Assembly: GCA_045615805.1 (NCBI GenBank)
Contig: JAZLFN010000020.1
Location: forward strand, 8,712-72,711
DNA from: Clostridia bacterium
GTDB lineage: Bacteria; Bacillota; Clostridia; Monoglobales; Monoglobaceae
Reading direction: 5' to 3'
Length of the DNA: 64,000 nt
Positions within the stretch are counted from its first letter, which is position 1; each line of letters begins with the position of its first letter. The notes under the pieces were generated by a model that ran no database searches, had not been told where the DNA came from, and was given only the letters and a program-made list of their open reading frames with translations. This document shows positions 1 through 9,076 of this stretch, in pieces. The position numbers and the translations under genes were made by a program.

Positions 1-1
1 A

Positions 2-856
2 TGTGTTGTGGGACCCACGGCATCCGGAAAAACCCGATTTGCCATAGATTATGCAAAAGAGTATAATGGCGAAATCGTGTCCTGCGATTCTATGCAGATT
101 TATAAATATATGGATATAGGGACGGCAAAGGCAACCGAAGCCGAAAGAGCGGAGGTCAGGCATCATATGGTAGATTTTTTAGAGCCTGATATAAACTACA
201 GTGTAGCGGATTTTGTGAAAGATGCAGTAATCTGTATAGACGATATTTTAAGTCGTAACCGTCTTCCGGTTTTGTGCGGAGGTACGGGACTTTATGTTGA
301 CAGCATAATAAACAACGTAAGCTTTACGGAAGAAGAAAAAGACGATGAATACAGAGAAGAATTAAAGGAAATTGAAAGAACCAAGGGTAAGGACTTTCTT
401 TACGAAATGCTTATAAAAGCGGACGAAGAGGAAGCCCGTAAGGTGCATCCCAATAATGTAAAGCGAGTAATGAGAGCTCTTGAAATATGTAAAACAAGAG
501 GAATGACCAAGACAGAATCCGACAGGCTGTCCCTCGGTAAAAAAAGATATGATGCAAAAATTTACGGATTGAATGCAGACAGAGAAGTCCTTTACGACAG
601 AATAAACAAACGAGTTGATAAAATGATTGAGGACGGACTTTTAGAGGAGGTAAAAAAGCTTTTAAGTATGGGAATAAAAAAAGAATCAACTTCAATGCAG
701 GCAATAGGCTACAAAGAGCTTGTTCGGCATCTCGAAGGAGAGATTTCCTATGATGAAGCAATAGAGCTTATAAAAAGGGAATCAAGACATTATGCCAAAA
801 GGCAAATGACATGGTTTAGGCGAAATTCGTCCATCCAATGGGTTGTGGGCGTATAA
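2..856 (+). CDS. miaA: tRNA dimethylallyltransferase MiaA, 5' end cut by window edge
   Basis: Frame is open to the window start. P-loop VVGPTASGKT at the N-terminus and C-terminal YAKRQMTWFR, typical of the IPP-transferase family. Confidence 0.93.
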   Translation, partial: CVVGPTASGKTRFAIDYAKEYNGEIVSCDSMQIYKYMDIGTAKATEAERAEVRHHMVDFLEPDINYSVADFVKDAVICIDDILSRNRLPVLCGGTGLYVDSIINNVSFTEEEKDDEYREELKEIERTKGKDFLYEMLIKADEEEARKVHPNNVKRVMRALEICKTRGMTKTESDRLSLGKKRYDAKIYGLNADREVLYDRINKRVDKMIEDGLLEEVKKLLSMGIKKESTSMQAIGYKELVRHLEGEISYDEAIELIKRESRHYAKRQMTWFRRNSSIQWVVGV

Positions 857-1014
857 AAATGCACATAACGAACAAACCTCGCCGCTCGATGTACTTCCGT
901 ACACCTTCGGGTAAAGCAAAAAGCCAAGACTTTTTACCTCGGTTTGTCCATTCTGCACTATTTTTCTGTCGCCCACAAAGTGGGCGTATAAAAATACACA
1001 TAACGAACAAACCT
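845..1014. repeat. Two 35-bp direct repeats (845-879 and 980-1014, 34/35 identical) separated by 100 bp; copy 1 contains the last 3 codons and stop of miaA
   Basis: GTGGGCGTATAAAAAT[G/A]CACATAACGAACAAACCT read twice on the + strand. CGCCCAC (970-976) pairs with the first 7 nt of copy 2. Confidence 0.9.
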
Positions 1015-1034
1015 TACCTCAAAAAATAAATATA

Positions 1035-1080
1035 AAATCAAGCTATGGCAAATTTGTGTTGCTGTAGCTTGATTTTTGTT
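1035..1080 (+). terminator. Rho-independent terminator closing the miaA transcription unit
   Basis: AAATCAAGCTA (1035-1045) pairs with TAGCTTGATTT (1065-1075), followed by a T-run. Confidence 0.6.
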
Positions 1081-1225
1081 ACAAATGCCTTACATTTTTT
1101 GTACAAAACAGCAAAGCGTATTTACATACAATAAAAAGGTGTTATAATAGACATATAATGTAAATATGAGGTTTTATCGCCTAAATTTACAGCGAAAGAT
1201 TTTTACCGGAGGAGGCATCGGATAG

Positions 1226-2491
1226 ATGGCGACGGCGGATAACCGTAATAATAATTCCTCTGCTCGAAAAAGACGAAGTAATTTCAAAAAAATTCGTCTT
1301 GTTATATTTGTCCCGATTGCCATTGTGGTTGTGTATTTTCTTGCGGCAATAATTGTGGGTATTGCAAGCAATGTTTCCACAACTGTTGCGTTAAACGGAA
1401 AAATATCGGAAAGCTTCCGTGCAAGCGGTTATGTGTTTCGGGAGGCGGAGGTTGTTAATGCACCTTCGGGAGGCTTCTTTGAATGTATGGTAAGCGAGGG
1501 TGAAAAAGTAAAAAAAGGTCAGATTGTTGCTTATATATATCAAAATGAGCCCGGTTCCGAGCAAATAGCGGAGATTAAAAAAGTTATTAAAGAGATGCGC
1601 CTTACAGGAGCGGACAAAGATACTCGATTATACGAAGGTAATGCCAAGGGAGAAACTGTTTTATCGAGCTTGTGCCGTGACCTTTCGGATAAACGAAAAG
1701 AGCATAATTTGACATATGCAAGAGAAAAAAAGGAAGAAATATATATAGCGGCAGACAGCAAGACGGAAAATGCAGAGGAGTCAAAGAACAGACTTGTTCG
1801 TCTTACCAATGAGTTGACATCGCTGAATTCAAGGCTTGGCAGTTGTGTATGTATATATGCTCCGTCAAGCGGTGTGTTCAGTTCAAGGATTGACGGATAT
1901 GAAGAAAAGCTTTCGTATTCGGCAGCAGATAACTTGACAGTAGAATATCTGGAATCTGTTGAAAGCGAAGAGGTGTCGGGGCAAAATACCGTAGAGCAGG
2001 GAAAACCTCTTTGCAAAATAATAAACAATTATAAATGGCGTTTCGGTGCTGTGGTTGATGAAAAAACCGCAGAAAATATAACGGAAGGGCAAAATGTTAC
2101 TCTCCGGTTTTTCGATGTTTCAAACATTGAGGTAAAAGGAACTGTTCAGAAGATAACCAAAGGAAACGGAAAGTGTGCAATTGTTATAAACACAAACAGG
2201 TATGTTGACGGAATTTATTCGGAAAGCAAGATGAATGCCGAAGTTGTCACTATGAGCGTTGAAGGTATAAAGCTTCCCATTACCGCTCTTCATGTAAAGG
2301 ATGGAGAAACAGGCGTTTTTGTTTTGCGATTGGGAGCTGCAAAGTTTGCCCCTGTTAATGTGAAATATCAGAATGATGAATGGACTATTGTAAGTCCTTC
2401 AAATGATGCCACCGGCTCATCAAGACTTCAGATATATGATGAGGTGGTTACGGACGGTAAGAATATTACCGAGGGAAAAATAATCAGATAG
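1226..2491 (+). CDS. Membrane-anchored HlyD/membrane-fusion-like protein, function uncertain
   Basis: Basic N-terminus plus one TM helix (IRLVIFVPIAIVVVYFLAAIIVGIA), a charged coiled-coil-like middle and a beta-rich C-terminus. GGAGG lies about 10 nt upstream of the ATG. Sits upstream of the yggS-sepF block. Confidence 0.5.
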   Translation: MATADNRNNNSSARKRRSNFKKIRLVIFVPIAIVVVYFLAAIIVGIASNVSTTVALNGKISESFRASGYVFREAEVVNAPSGGFFECMVSEGEKVKKGQIVAYIYQNEPGSEQIAEIKKVIKEMRLTGADKDTRLYEGNAKGETVLSSLCRDLSDKRKEHNLTYAREKKEEIYIAADSKTENAEESKNRLVRLTNELTSLNSRLGSCVCIYAPSSGVFSSRIDGYEEKLSYSAADNLTVEYLESVESEEVSGQNTVEQGKPLCKIINNYKWRFGAVVDEKTAENITEGQNVTLRFFDVSNIEVKGTVQKITKGNGKCAIVINTNRYVDGIYSESKMNAEVVTMSVEGIKLPITALHVKDGETGVFVLRLGAAKFAPVNVKYQNDEWTIVSPSNDATGSSRLQIYDEVVTDGKNITEGKIIR

Positions 2492-2505
2492 CAAGAAGGA
2501 ATTTT

Positions 2506-3195
2506 ATGAGCATTTCCGAAAATATAGAAAGTGTTAGAAATATTGTAAAAGCTACGGCGAAAGCATGCGGAAGAAATCCCGAGGACATAAAAATCATTGC
2601 GGTAAGCAAGACAAAACCCGTGTCTATGATGAAAGAAGCAACAGATGCAGGAATGTGTGAATTCGGGGAGAACAGACCTCAGGAAATTGTTCGCAAGTAT
2701 CCGGAGTTTGAAGACGAAAATATAAAATGGCATCTTATCGGTCAGCTTCAGAAAAATAAGGTAAGGCATATAATTGACAAGGCAGAGCTTATACATTCGG
2801 TTGATTCTTATGATTTGGCTCTTGAAATAAATAAGAGAGCCGAGCTGATTGACAAGGTGCAGGATATTTTGATTCAGGTTAATATATCAGGAGAAGAAAC
2901 GAAATCCGGAGTATCCGAAAAAAAGTGCGTGGAGCTTTGCAAAAAGATTTCCGATCTTGAAAATGTCAGAATTATAGGACTTATGACAATATCGGTATTT
3001 GATTACAGTTATGACGAAAATAAAGAACTTTTCTTAAAGCTTAAAGCTTTGTCTGAAAAAATAGCCGATATGAATATTAAAAATGTCTTTATGAAAGAGC
3101 TTTCAATGGGAATGACTCACGATTATAAAGAAGCAATCGAAGCAGGAGCGACAATGCTCAGAATAGGAACGGGGATATTCGGTTTCCGTGAATAA
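2506..3195 (+). CDS. yggS: YggS/YlmE family PLP-binding protein
   Basis: Motifs AVSKTKP, WHLIGQLQKNK, LSMGMTHDY and RIGTGIFG. Synteny with sepF. Confidence 0.9.
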   Translation: MSISENIESVRNIVKATAKACGRNPEDIKIIAVSKTKPVSMMKEATDAGMCEFGENRPQEIVRKYPEFEDENIKWHLIGQLQKNKVRHIIDKAELIHSVDSYDLALEINKRAELIDKVQDILIQVNISGEETKSGVSEKKCVELCKKISDLENVRIIGLMTISVFDYSYDENKELFLKLKALSEKIADMNIKNVFMKELSMGMTHDYKEAIEAGATMLRIGTGIFGFRE

Positions 3196-3241
3196 ATTTT
3201 AATTGTAAATTATTATATTTTAATATATGGAGGTAGTTTTA

Positions 3242-3700
3242 ATGGGAAGAATTATGAACAAAATGCTTAACTTGGTAGGTTTTCCTCAGGAAGATGAGTA
3301 TGAAGACGAGTACGAGGATGTTATGGAAGAGGAAGATTACGAAGAGGATTATGTCAGACCGAGTGCTTTTGACAGATTTTCGGACAGAAGAAGCAGTCGT
3401 GTTGTAAAGCTTCATGATTCGGCTGCACAAATGCGTGTTGTTGTTATCCAACCCGAATCATTTGAAGAATCAAGAGATATTACAAATCATTTGAAAGACA
3501 GAAGACCTATAGTTGTAAATCTTGAAATTGTTGATTCTAACGTTGCAAGAAGAATTGTAGATTTTTTGAGCGGAGCTGTATATGCTCTTGACGGAAGCAT
3601 CCAAAAGGTTTCAAATAAGATATTTGTTATAGCTCCCAACAATGTTGAGCTTTTAAGCGAATCGGTTAAAGCCGGCAAAGTCAGTTATTCTTGGGAATGA
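3242..3700 (+). CDS. sepF: Cell division protein SepF
   Basis: Acidic EDEYEDEYED linker followed by the SepF core (MRVVVIQPESFEESRDITNHLKDRRPIVVNL). GGAGG lies 7 nt before ATG 3242, so the ORF-track start at 3227 is probably too early. Confidence 0.85.
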   Translation: MGRIMNKMLNLVGFPQEDEYEDEYEDVMEEEDYEEDYVRPSAFDRFSDRRSSRVVKLHDSAAQMRVVVIQPESFEESRDITNHLKDRRPIVVNLEIVDSNVARRIVDFLSGAVYALDGSIQKVSNKIFVIAPNNVELLSESVKAGKVSYSWE

Positions 3701-4482
3701 TAAAAAAAGATAAATTCTTTCGGGCAGATAAACAGGATAAAGACGACAGGCTCATACTTGCAAGAGCCGAGGATAATCTGTTTTCAGCCCGCAAGAATTT
3801 TTGTGTAAAGACACTTGGGTTTTTAAATCCGCACCAAAGGGCATATCTTTTGAATAATCTTGAAATCGGGACGGATACAGAGGTAATCTATGACGGCGGA
3901 TATGATGATGCGGAACGGGTTTTGATTGTTGCCGTGCCCGAGATCTCGTTTTATGACAGAGATGAATTTATATCCGTTGTAAAAATAACCGGCAGAGATA
4001 TGGAAACTCTTAATCACAGGGATTATCTCGGAAGCTTAATGGGGCTTGGTATTACCCGTGAAAATATTGGGGATATAATAACATCCGATGACGGTGCATC
4101 TGTTTTTGTAAAGCCCGAAATTGCTTCATATATTGATTCAAATCTTGAAAAAATCGGAAGGCATGGGGTTAAAACCGTTATTTGCCCATGCTCCGAGGCA
4201 GATATTGCTCCGCCTGCTTTTAAAGATATAAACGGAACTGTTTCATCGCTTCGCCTTGATGCAGTTTTGTCTTTTGCATTGGGAATATCAAGAAAGTCTG
4301 CGTCTGATTTGATAAATTCGGAGTTGGTTATGGTTAACTTCAGACAAGCTTCATCTCAGACTTTAAATCTTGAAGAAAATGATTTGATTTCCGCAAGAGG
4401 TTACGGCAGGTTCAGGGTTAAATCAATAGGTACGCTTACACGAAAAGGACGAATTTCGATAACGGTTTCCAAATTTTTATAA
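3697..4482 (+). CDS. ylmH: YlmH-like S4-domain RNA-binding protein
   Basis: C-terminal S4-like segment LRLDAVLSFALGISRKSASDLI. ATGA overlap with the sepF stop. Conserved position before divIVA. Confidence 0.8.
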   Translation: MIKKDKFFRADKQDKDDRLILARAEDNLFSARKNFCVKTLGFLNPHQRAYLLNNLEIGTDTEVIYDGGYDDAERVLIVAVPEISFYDRDEFISVVKITGRDMETLNHRDYLGSLMGLGITRENIGDIITSDDGASVFVKPEIASYIDSNLEKIGRHGVKTVICPCSEADIAPPAFKDINGTVSSLRLDAVLSFALGISRKSASDLINSELVMVNFRQASSQTLNLEENDLISARGYGRFRVKSIGTLTRKGRISITVSKFL

Positions 4483-4503
4483 AGCATAAGGAGAGATGTT
4501 TTA

Positions 4504-5145
4504 ATGCTTACACCTCAGGATATAGAAAATAAAGAATTTAAAATTTCAATGAGAGGATATAATGAGTCTGAAGTTGACGACTTTTTGCAGGATGTGTGCG
4601 AAAGCTTTATGGTAATATTTGAAGAAAACAGACGGCTGAGAGAAAACAACGATAATCTTATTGAAACGGTAGAGCATTATAAGTCTATGGAGGGTACTCT
4701 TAGAGATTCCGTGGGAATTGCCGGTAAATCCGCCGATGAAATAGAAAAGACTGCAAAAAAGCATGCCGATGAAATAGTTAAAAATGCAGAGCTTACCGCT
4801 GATTCCATAATTGCAGGTGCAAAGCAGAAAATTGCCGATGAAGAATATAAGTTTGAAACAATCAAACGAGAGGTTGAGATATATAAAACCAAGATTGTCG
4901 AGCTTTTAAATGCACAGCTCAGCGTTCTTAAGGGGTATCCTATGACAGGCGGAATAACTCATGGTACCGACAGAGTTGATTTTCCTGCTTTCAGGAGCAG
5001 ACCCAAAAATGATGACGGAAACAAAGAAGATTTACAAGAAGAATCAAAACACGAAAATTCTTCCAAAAGGGAAACCGCCGAAAAACGGAAAAGGTTCAGC
5101 GTTGACGAGGATACGGTAAAGATAAAAAAAGCGGACAAGGTTTAA
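4504..5145 (+). CDS. divIVA: DivIVA domain protein
   Basis: N-terminal signature MLTPQDIENKEFKISMRGYNESEVDDFL, followed by a coiled-coil region. Confidence 0.9.
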   Translation: MLTPQDIENKEFKISMRGYNESEVDDFLQDVCESFMVIFEENRRLRENNDNLIETVEHYKSMEGTLRDSVGIAGKSADEIEKTAKKHADEIVKNAELTADSIIAGAKQKIADEEYKFETIKREVEIYKTKIVELLNAQLSVLKGYPMTGGITHGTDRVDFPAFRSRPKNDDGNKEDLQEESKHENSSKRETAEKRKRFSVDEDTVKIKKADKV

Positions 5146-5166
5146 ATAAAAAATTGATTTAATATA

Positions 5167-5215
5167 AAATGGGACAGAAGCCGATTAGGTTAAAAGCTTG
5201 ACTGCCCCATTTTTT
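5167..5215 (+). terminator. Rho-independent terminator after divIVA
   Basis: AAATGGGACAG pairs with CTGCCCCATTT (one mismatch). An inner AAGC/GCTT helix and a following T-run are present. Confidence 0.6.
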
Positions 5216-5232
5216 CAAACGGAGAAGAATTT

Positions 5233-5703
5233 ATGATTTATATTATTATTGCAATTGCAGTATTTGTTTTGGATTTTGTAACAAAGCTTATTGCCGTAAA
5301 TAATTTGATGCCTCTTAAGTCTGTTTCGATAATAAATAATTTGCTTGATTTTACTTATGTTGAAAACAGAGGAATTGCATTCGGACTTTTTGGCGGCGGA
5401 AGGTTGATTTTTATTATTGTTTCGGTTATAATAATAGCGTTGATATTATGGATTTTGTTTTCAACACAGAAAGAAAAACGAACTCTTCCCTTAAAGCTCG
5501 GCTCTGCTCTTGTAATAAGCGGTGCAGTGGGAAATCTTGTAGAGAGAGTTTTTAAGGGATATGTGGTTGACTTTATTGATGTGAATATTTTCAATTTTCC
5601 TGTTTTTAATATAGCGGATATTGCCGTTTGTGTCGGTGCGGCTTTTCTTGTTTTTTATTTTGTTTTTCAGGATAAAAAGACGGAGGACAGTGCCGATGAA
5701 TAA
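5233..5703 (+). CDS. lspA: Lipoprotein signal peptidase II
   Basis: Four TM segments. Motifs VENRGIAFG and FNIADIAV. Confidence 0.9.
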   Translation: MIYIIIAIAVFVLDFVTKLIAVNNLMPLKSVSIINNLLDFTYVENRGIAFGLFGGGRLIFIIVSVIIIALILWILFSTQKEKRTLPLKLGSALVISGAVGNLVERVFKGYVVDFIDVNIFNFPVFNIADIAVCVGAAFLVFYFVFQDKKTEDSADE

Positions 5704-6622
5704 CGATGAATACATATCCTTGTGTCAGGATGAACAAGGTGGAAGAATAGACAAATATTTGTGTGAAACATATGAGGATATAACAAGGTCATTTGCAAAA
5801 AAACTACTTGATGAGGGCAGAATATTTGTAAACGGTATTTCCGTTAAAGCAAATTACAAGGTTAAGAAAAACGATAAAATTGAATTTGTGATGCCAAAGC
5901 TTTCGGAGTCTGAAATCGAGGCGGAAAATATTCCCCTTGATATTGTTTATGAGGATTCGGATATGATTGTTGTAAACAAGCCACAGGGGATGGTTGTTCA
6001 TCCTGCGGTCGGGAATTACACAGGCACACTTGTAAATGCCCTGCTTTATCATTGCAATGACAGTTTATCGGGAATCAACGGAGAAAAGCGGCCGGGAATA
6101 CTTCACAGAATAGATAAGGAAACAAGCGGACTTTTAATGGTTGCTAAAAACGATAATGCACATCTTAAGCTTTCGGAGCAAATCAAAGAGCATAGCTTGA
6201 CCAGAGCATATAAGGCTATCGTTCACGGAGGATTTTCGGAGGACAAGGGAATATATACAGAGCCAATCGGCAGGCATAAAACAGACCGCAAGAAAATGGC
6301 GGTTTCTTATCAAAATTCAAAAGAGGCGGTTACTCATTATAATGTTATTGAAAGGCTGGGAAAGTATACATTTGTGGAATGTGTGCTTGAAACAGGACGA
6401 ACTCATCAGATAAGAGTGCATATGTCATATCACGGACATCCTCTTGTGGGCGATAAAACTTACGGTGTTAAAAAAGAAGCTTTTAACCTGGAAGGACAGC
6501 TTCTGCATGCATATAAAATAGGGTTTGTTCATCCCACAACGGGAAAATATATGGAATTTGAGTCGGAGATACCCGAGTATTTCCGAAATGTATTAAATAT
6601 TTTAAAAAACAAGGCGGAGTGA
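5696..6622 (+). CDS. rluD: 23S rRNA pseudouridine synthase, RluA/RluD family
   Basis: S4-like N-terminus and catalytic motif HRIDKETSGLL. Start moved to ATG 5696 (MNNDEY), which overlaps the lspA stop by 8 nt. Confidence 0.9.
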   Translation: MNNDEYISLCQDEQGGRIDKYLCETYEDITRSFAKKLLDEGRIFVNGISVKANYKVKKNDKIEFVMPKLSESEIEAENIPLDIVYEDSDMIVVNKPQGMVVHPAVGNYTGTLVNALLYHCNDSLSGINGEKRPGILHRIDKETSGLLMVAKNDNAHLKLSEQIKEHSLTRAYKAIVHGGFSEDKGIYTEPIGRHKTDRKKMAVSYQNSKEAVTHYNVIERLGKYTFVECVLETGRTHQIRVHMSYHGHPLVGDKTYGVKKEAFNLEGQLLHAYKIGFVHPTTGKYMEFESEIPEYFRNVLNILKNKAE

Positions 6623-6626
6623 GAAA

Positions 6627-8003
6627 ATGAAAAGGATTACAGCAATAATAACAGGCTTGATAATGATACTTTCATGTATGTCGTATACTGCATTTGCAAA
6701 AACAGAGTATACGGTTAATGTCCATAAAAATCAGGAGCAGGAACAACTTGACACCTCCGTTACAGAAAAGACGGAATCGGTAACTGTCAAGGAAGAAAGG
6801 GAAGTAGTGCCTAAAGAGACTGTCAAAGATTCAATTAGTGCAGAAAAGCCTGCGGTGACGGACAATGTTACTTTTAATAATGTAAAAATCAACTTAAGAA
6901 TGATACCGAGAATGCAGGTGATTGATTCATTTGCAAAGCTTGGACTTTATGATGAAAAAGGTGTATTGCTGGGCGAAGATTCTCAATGGGTCGGAGGAAT
7001 CACTCAAAATCTTACATTTGATTTTGAGGTTCCGGAATACAAGCCGGGAAAGACATTTGTTTTAAAGGTTGAGGACGGCTTAAGTTATGTAAAATATTAT
7101 GACGATTTATTCAGAAAAGATGAAAAGATATCCCTTGTTACATACGGATATAAAAATGAAGCAGGTGAGTATGTAAAGGGTAATGAATTTCATCTGGACG
7201 CTTGCCCCGAGTATGAGCATGTAGTTATTGTGTATTTGGAAGGGGTAATGCAAAACTATAACCCAAAGGCTGTTTTGTATGAAAGTTGTGCTATGGTTCC
7301 CGTAAGACAGGTTGCGAACGCTATGGGACTTGATGTCAGATATGATGAAAAGTATCAAAGCGTTGTGTGCGAATTGGGAAATTTACAGACGATATTTAAT
7401 ATCGGAACAAATTATGCCACATTTATGGGTAAAGATACATTTATGAATCAAAAGTGTATTTTGCTTAATGATACCGTATATATTCCGGTTCGAGCTATTG
7501 CCGAGGCGTTTGGATGCTCTGTTGAGGCGATTGATTTCGAGGACCATATTGATGTGTGTATAGGTGAAAGCCCTGTTTTAAAAGATTATTTTGCACAGCT
7601 TCCCATAAATTCAATGAATGTGTCAAGTCAAACCGATTATATGGTTTGGGTTGACAAATCGGATTATGAGGTTCGCGTATATAAGGGCTCAAAAAATAAA
7701 TGGCGTCCCATCGCAACATTTCCCTGTGCAATAGGGGCACCGGATACACCTACGATAACCGGAAGCTTTGAGTATCAGTATAAGGCACCTTTATGGGATT
7801 ATAATACTTATTATGTAGGTCCTTGCCTTGTTTTCTACGGCGGATATGCTATTCATTCAACCTTGCTTTATTACAGCGGTGCGCCGTATGACAACAGAGT
7901 CGGAGTAAAAATTTCTCACGGATGCGTCAGAATCAGAAAAGATAATATTGATTGGCTTGCTTCAATTCTTCCCTTGAAGAGCCGAATTTTCGTTACTGAG
8001 TAA
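6627..8003 (+). CDS. Secreted L,D-transpeptidase (YkuD) domain protein with a copper-amine-oxidase-N-like domain
   Basis: Signal peptide present. VPVRQVANAMGLDV...IPVRAIAEAFG repeats. C-terminal catalytic motif SHGCVRI. Confidence 0.8.
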   Translation: MKRITAIITGLIMILSCMSYTAFAKTEYTVNVHKNQEQEQLDTSVTEKTESVTVKEEREVVPKETVKDSISAEKPAVTDNVTFNNVKINLRMIPRMQVIDSFAKLGLYDEKGVLLGEDSQWVGGITQNLTFDFEVPEYKPGKTFVLKVEDGLSYVKYYDDLFRKDEKISLVTYGYKNEAGEYVKGNEFHLDACPEYEHVVIVYLEGVMQNYNPKAVLYESCAMVPVRQVANAMGLDVRYDEKYQSVVCELGNLQTIFNIGTNYATFMGKDTFMNQKCILLNDTVYIPVRAIAEAFGCSVEAIDFEDHIDVCIGESPVLKDYFAQLPINSMNVSSQTDYMVWVDKSDYEVRVYKGSKNKWRPIATFPCAIGAPDTPTITGSFEYQYKAPLWDYNTYYVGPCLVFYGGYAIHSTLLYYSGAPYDNRVGVKISHGCVRIRKDNIDWLASILPLKSRIFVTE

Positions 8004-8013
8004 GAGTTTAAAG

Positions 8014-8055
8014 CCGATGCAGAAGATTAAAAGTTTTCTGTATCGGTTTTGTTTT
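8014..8055 (+). terminator. Rho-independent terminator
   Basis: CCGATGCAGAA pairs with TTCTGTATCGG (one G-U), followed by TTTTGTTTT. Confidence 0.7.
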
Positions 8056-8139
8056 GTAAAAATGTATGGACATTATGATTTTGTTATGGTAAAATAAACG
8101 AGATAGACAATCGTATATTAATTGCGGAGGCGGTAAAAA

Positions 8140-9048
8140 ATGAAACATTTGCTTGGCATTAAAGAGTTATCAAAAGAAGAGATAATACATATTCTTGATA
8201 TGGCAGAGAAAATGAAGCATGAAGTTTTGGAAGGCGGCAAAAAGAATAATATGCTGTCGGGAAAAAGCATAATAACTCTTTTTTATGAAAACAGCACAAG
8301 GACAAGGCTGTCTTTTGAACTTGCTTCAAAATATTTAGGGGCAACCGCGGCAAATATTACAGCTTCCGGAAGCAGTGTCGCAAAAGGGGAAACCCTTGAA
8401 GATACGGGAAAAACCATCGATGAAATGGGTGCGGATGCAGTAATAGTCAGACATTCCTCATCCGGTGCGCCTCATATGCTGTCCCGCTGTACAAAAGCAT
8501 CTGTTATAAATGCCGGTGACGGAATGAATGAGCATCCTACCCAGGCATTGCTTGATTTTATGACAATGCGTGAAAAATACGGAGAGTTTAAAGGGTTAAA
8601 GGTTTCTATTGTAGGAGATGTTAAACACAGCAGGGTTGCCAGAAGCAATATATACGGTCTTAAAAAGCTGGGTGCGGATATAACGGTTTGTGCTCCTTCA
8701 ACCCTTATGCCTGCCGATATTGAAAAGTTCGGAGTAAAGCTTACATATGATGCGGATGCCGCCGTTCATAACGCTGATGTTGTTATGGGACTTCGGATTC
8801 AGCTTGAACGACAAAAGAGCGGATTATTTCCGTCGGTCAGGGAATATCACAAGCTTTTCGGAATAGATTCAAGGCGTGTTGCGCTTGCAAAACCCGACGC
8901 AATAGTTATGCATCCCGGTCCTGTTAACAGAGGGGTTGAGCTTTCGGCAGATGTTGCGGACGGTACGCAATCTGTAATCGGCGGACAGGTAACAAACGGA
9001 GTGTGTGTCAGAATGGCAATTCTCAGCTTGCTTACACAAGCTGATTGA
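8140..9048 (+). CDS. pyrB: Aspartate carbamoyltransferase catalytic subunit
   Basis: Motifs ENSTRTRLSFE, HPTQALLD and HPGPVNRG. Confidence 0.95.
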   Translation: MKHLLGIKELSKEEIIHILDMAEKMKHEVLEGGKKNNMLSGKSIITLFYENSTRTRLSFELASKYLGATAANITASGSSVAKGETLEDTGKTIDEMGADAVIVRHSSSGAPHMLSRCTKASVINAGDGMNEHPTQALLDFMTMREKYGEFKGLKVSIVGDVKHSRVARSNIYGLKKLGADITVCAPSTLMPADIEKFGVKLTYDADAAVHNADVVMGLRIQLERQKSGLFPSVREYHKLFGIDSRRVALAKPDAIVMHPGPVNRGVELSADVADGTQSVIGGQVTNGVCVRMAILSLLTQAD

Positions 9049-9076
9049 GGAATTTTGCGAAAGGAGGCAGATACAA

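Noticed and set aside
845-1014. Possible mini-CRISPR array (35-bp repeat, two copies)
   Set aside because: There are only two copies and the spacer is 100 bp, far longer than CRISPR spacers. Copy 1 is part of the miaA coding end. No cas genes are in the window.
782-1029. 63-aa + strand ORF (838-1029) and two 64-aa - strand ORFs (782-976, 816-1010) over the miaA-downstream repeat
   Set aside because: Their internal similarity (GRIKMHITNKP / GRIKIHITNKP) is simply the 35-bp repeat translated. There is no RBS, the + ORF starts inside miaA, and the - ORFs overlap each other. Treated as non-coding.
857-1225. hfq expected downstream of miaA
   Set aside because: No ORF in any frame shows an Sm-like Hfq sequence. 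The region is occupied by the repeat unit, a terminator and the promoter region of the next gene.
5621-5695. N-terminal extensions given by the ORF track (rluD 5621, pyrC 9005, pyrD 12000, pyrE 12832, radC 13482, yitT 18930, ylxM 23190, GGGtGRT 40481, SIS 47642, PP2C 56423, trkA 62937, proA 39604)
   Set aside because: The extensions overlap the preceding gene or an intergenic promoter, lack homology-like sequence, and a downstream ATG/TTG with a good GGAGG-type RBS gives the canonical family N-terminus. Starts were moved accordingly.
8056-8139. PyrR-dependent attenuator upstream of pyrB
   Set aside because: No ARUCCAGAGAGGYU-like binding loop or terminator/antiterminator pair is visible after the upstream gene's terminator, and no pyrR is in the window.
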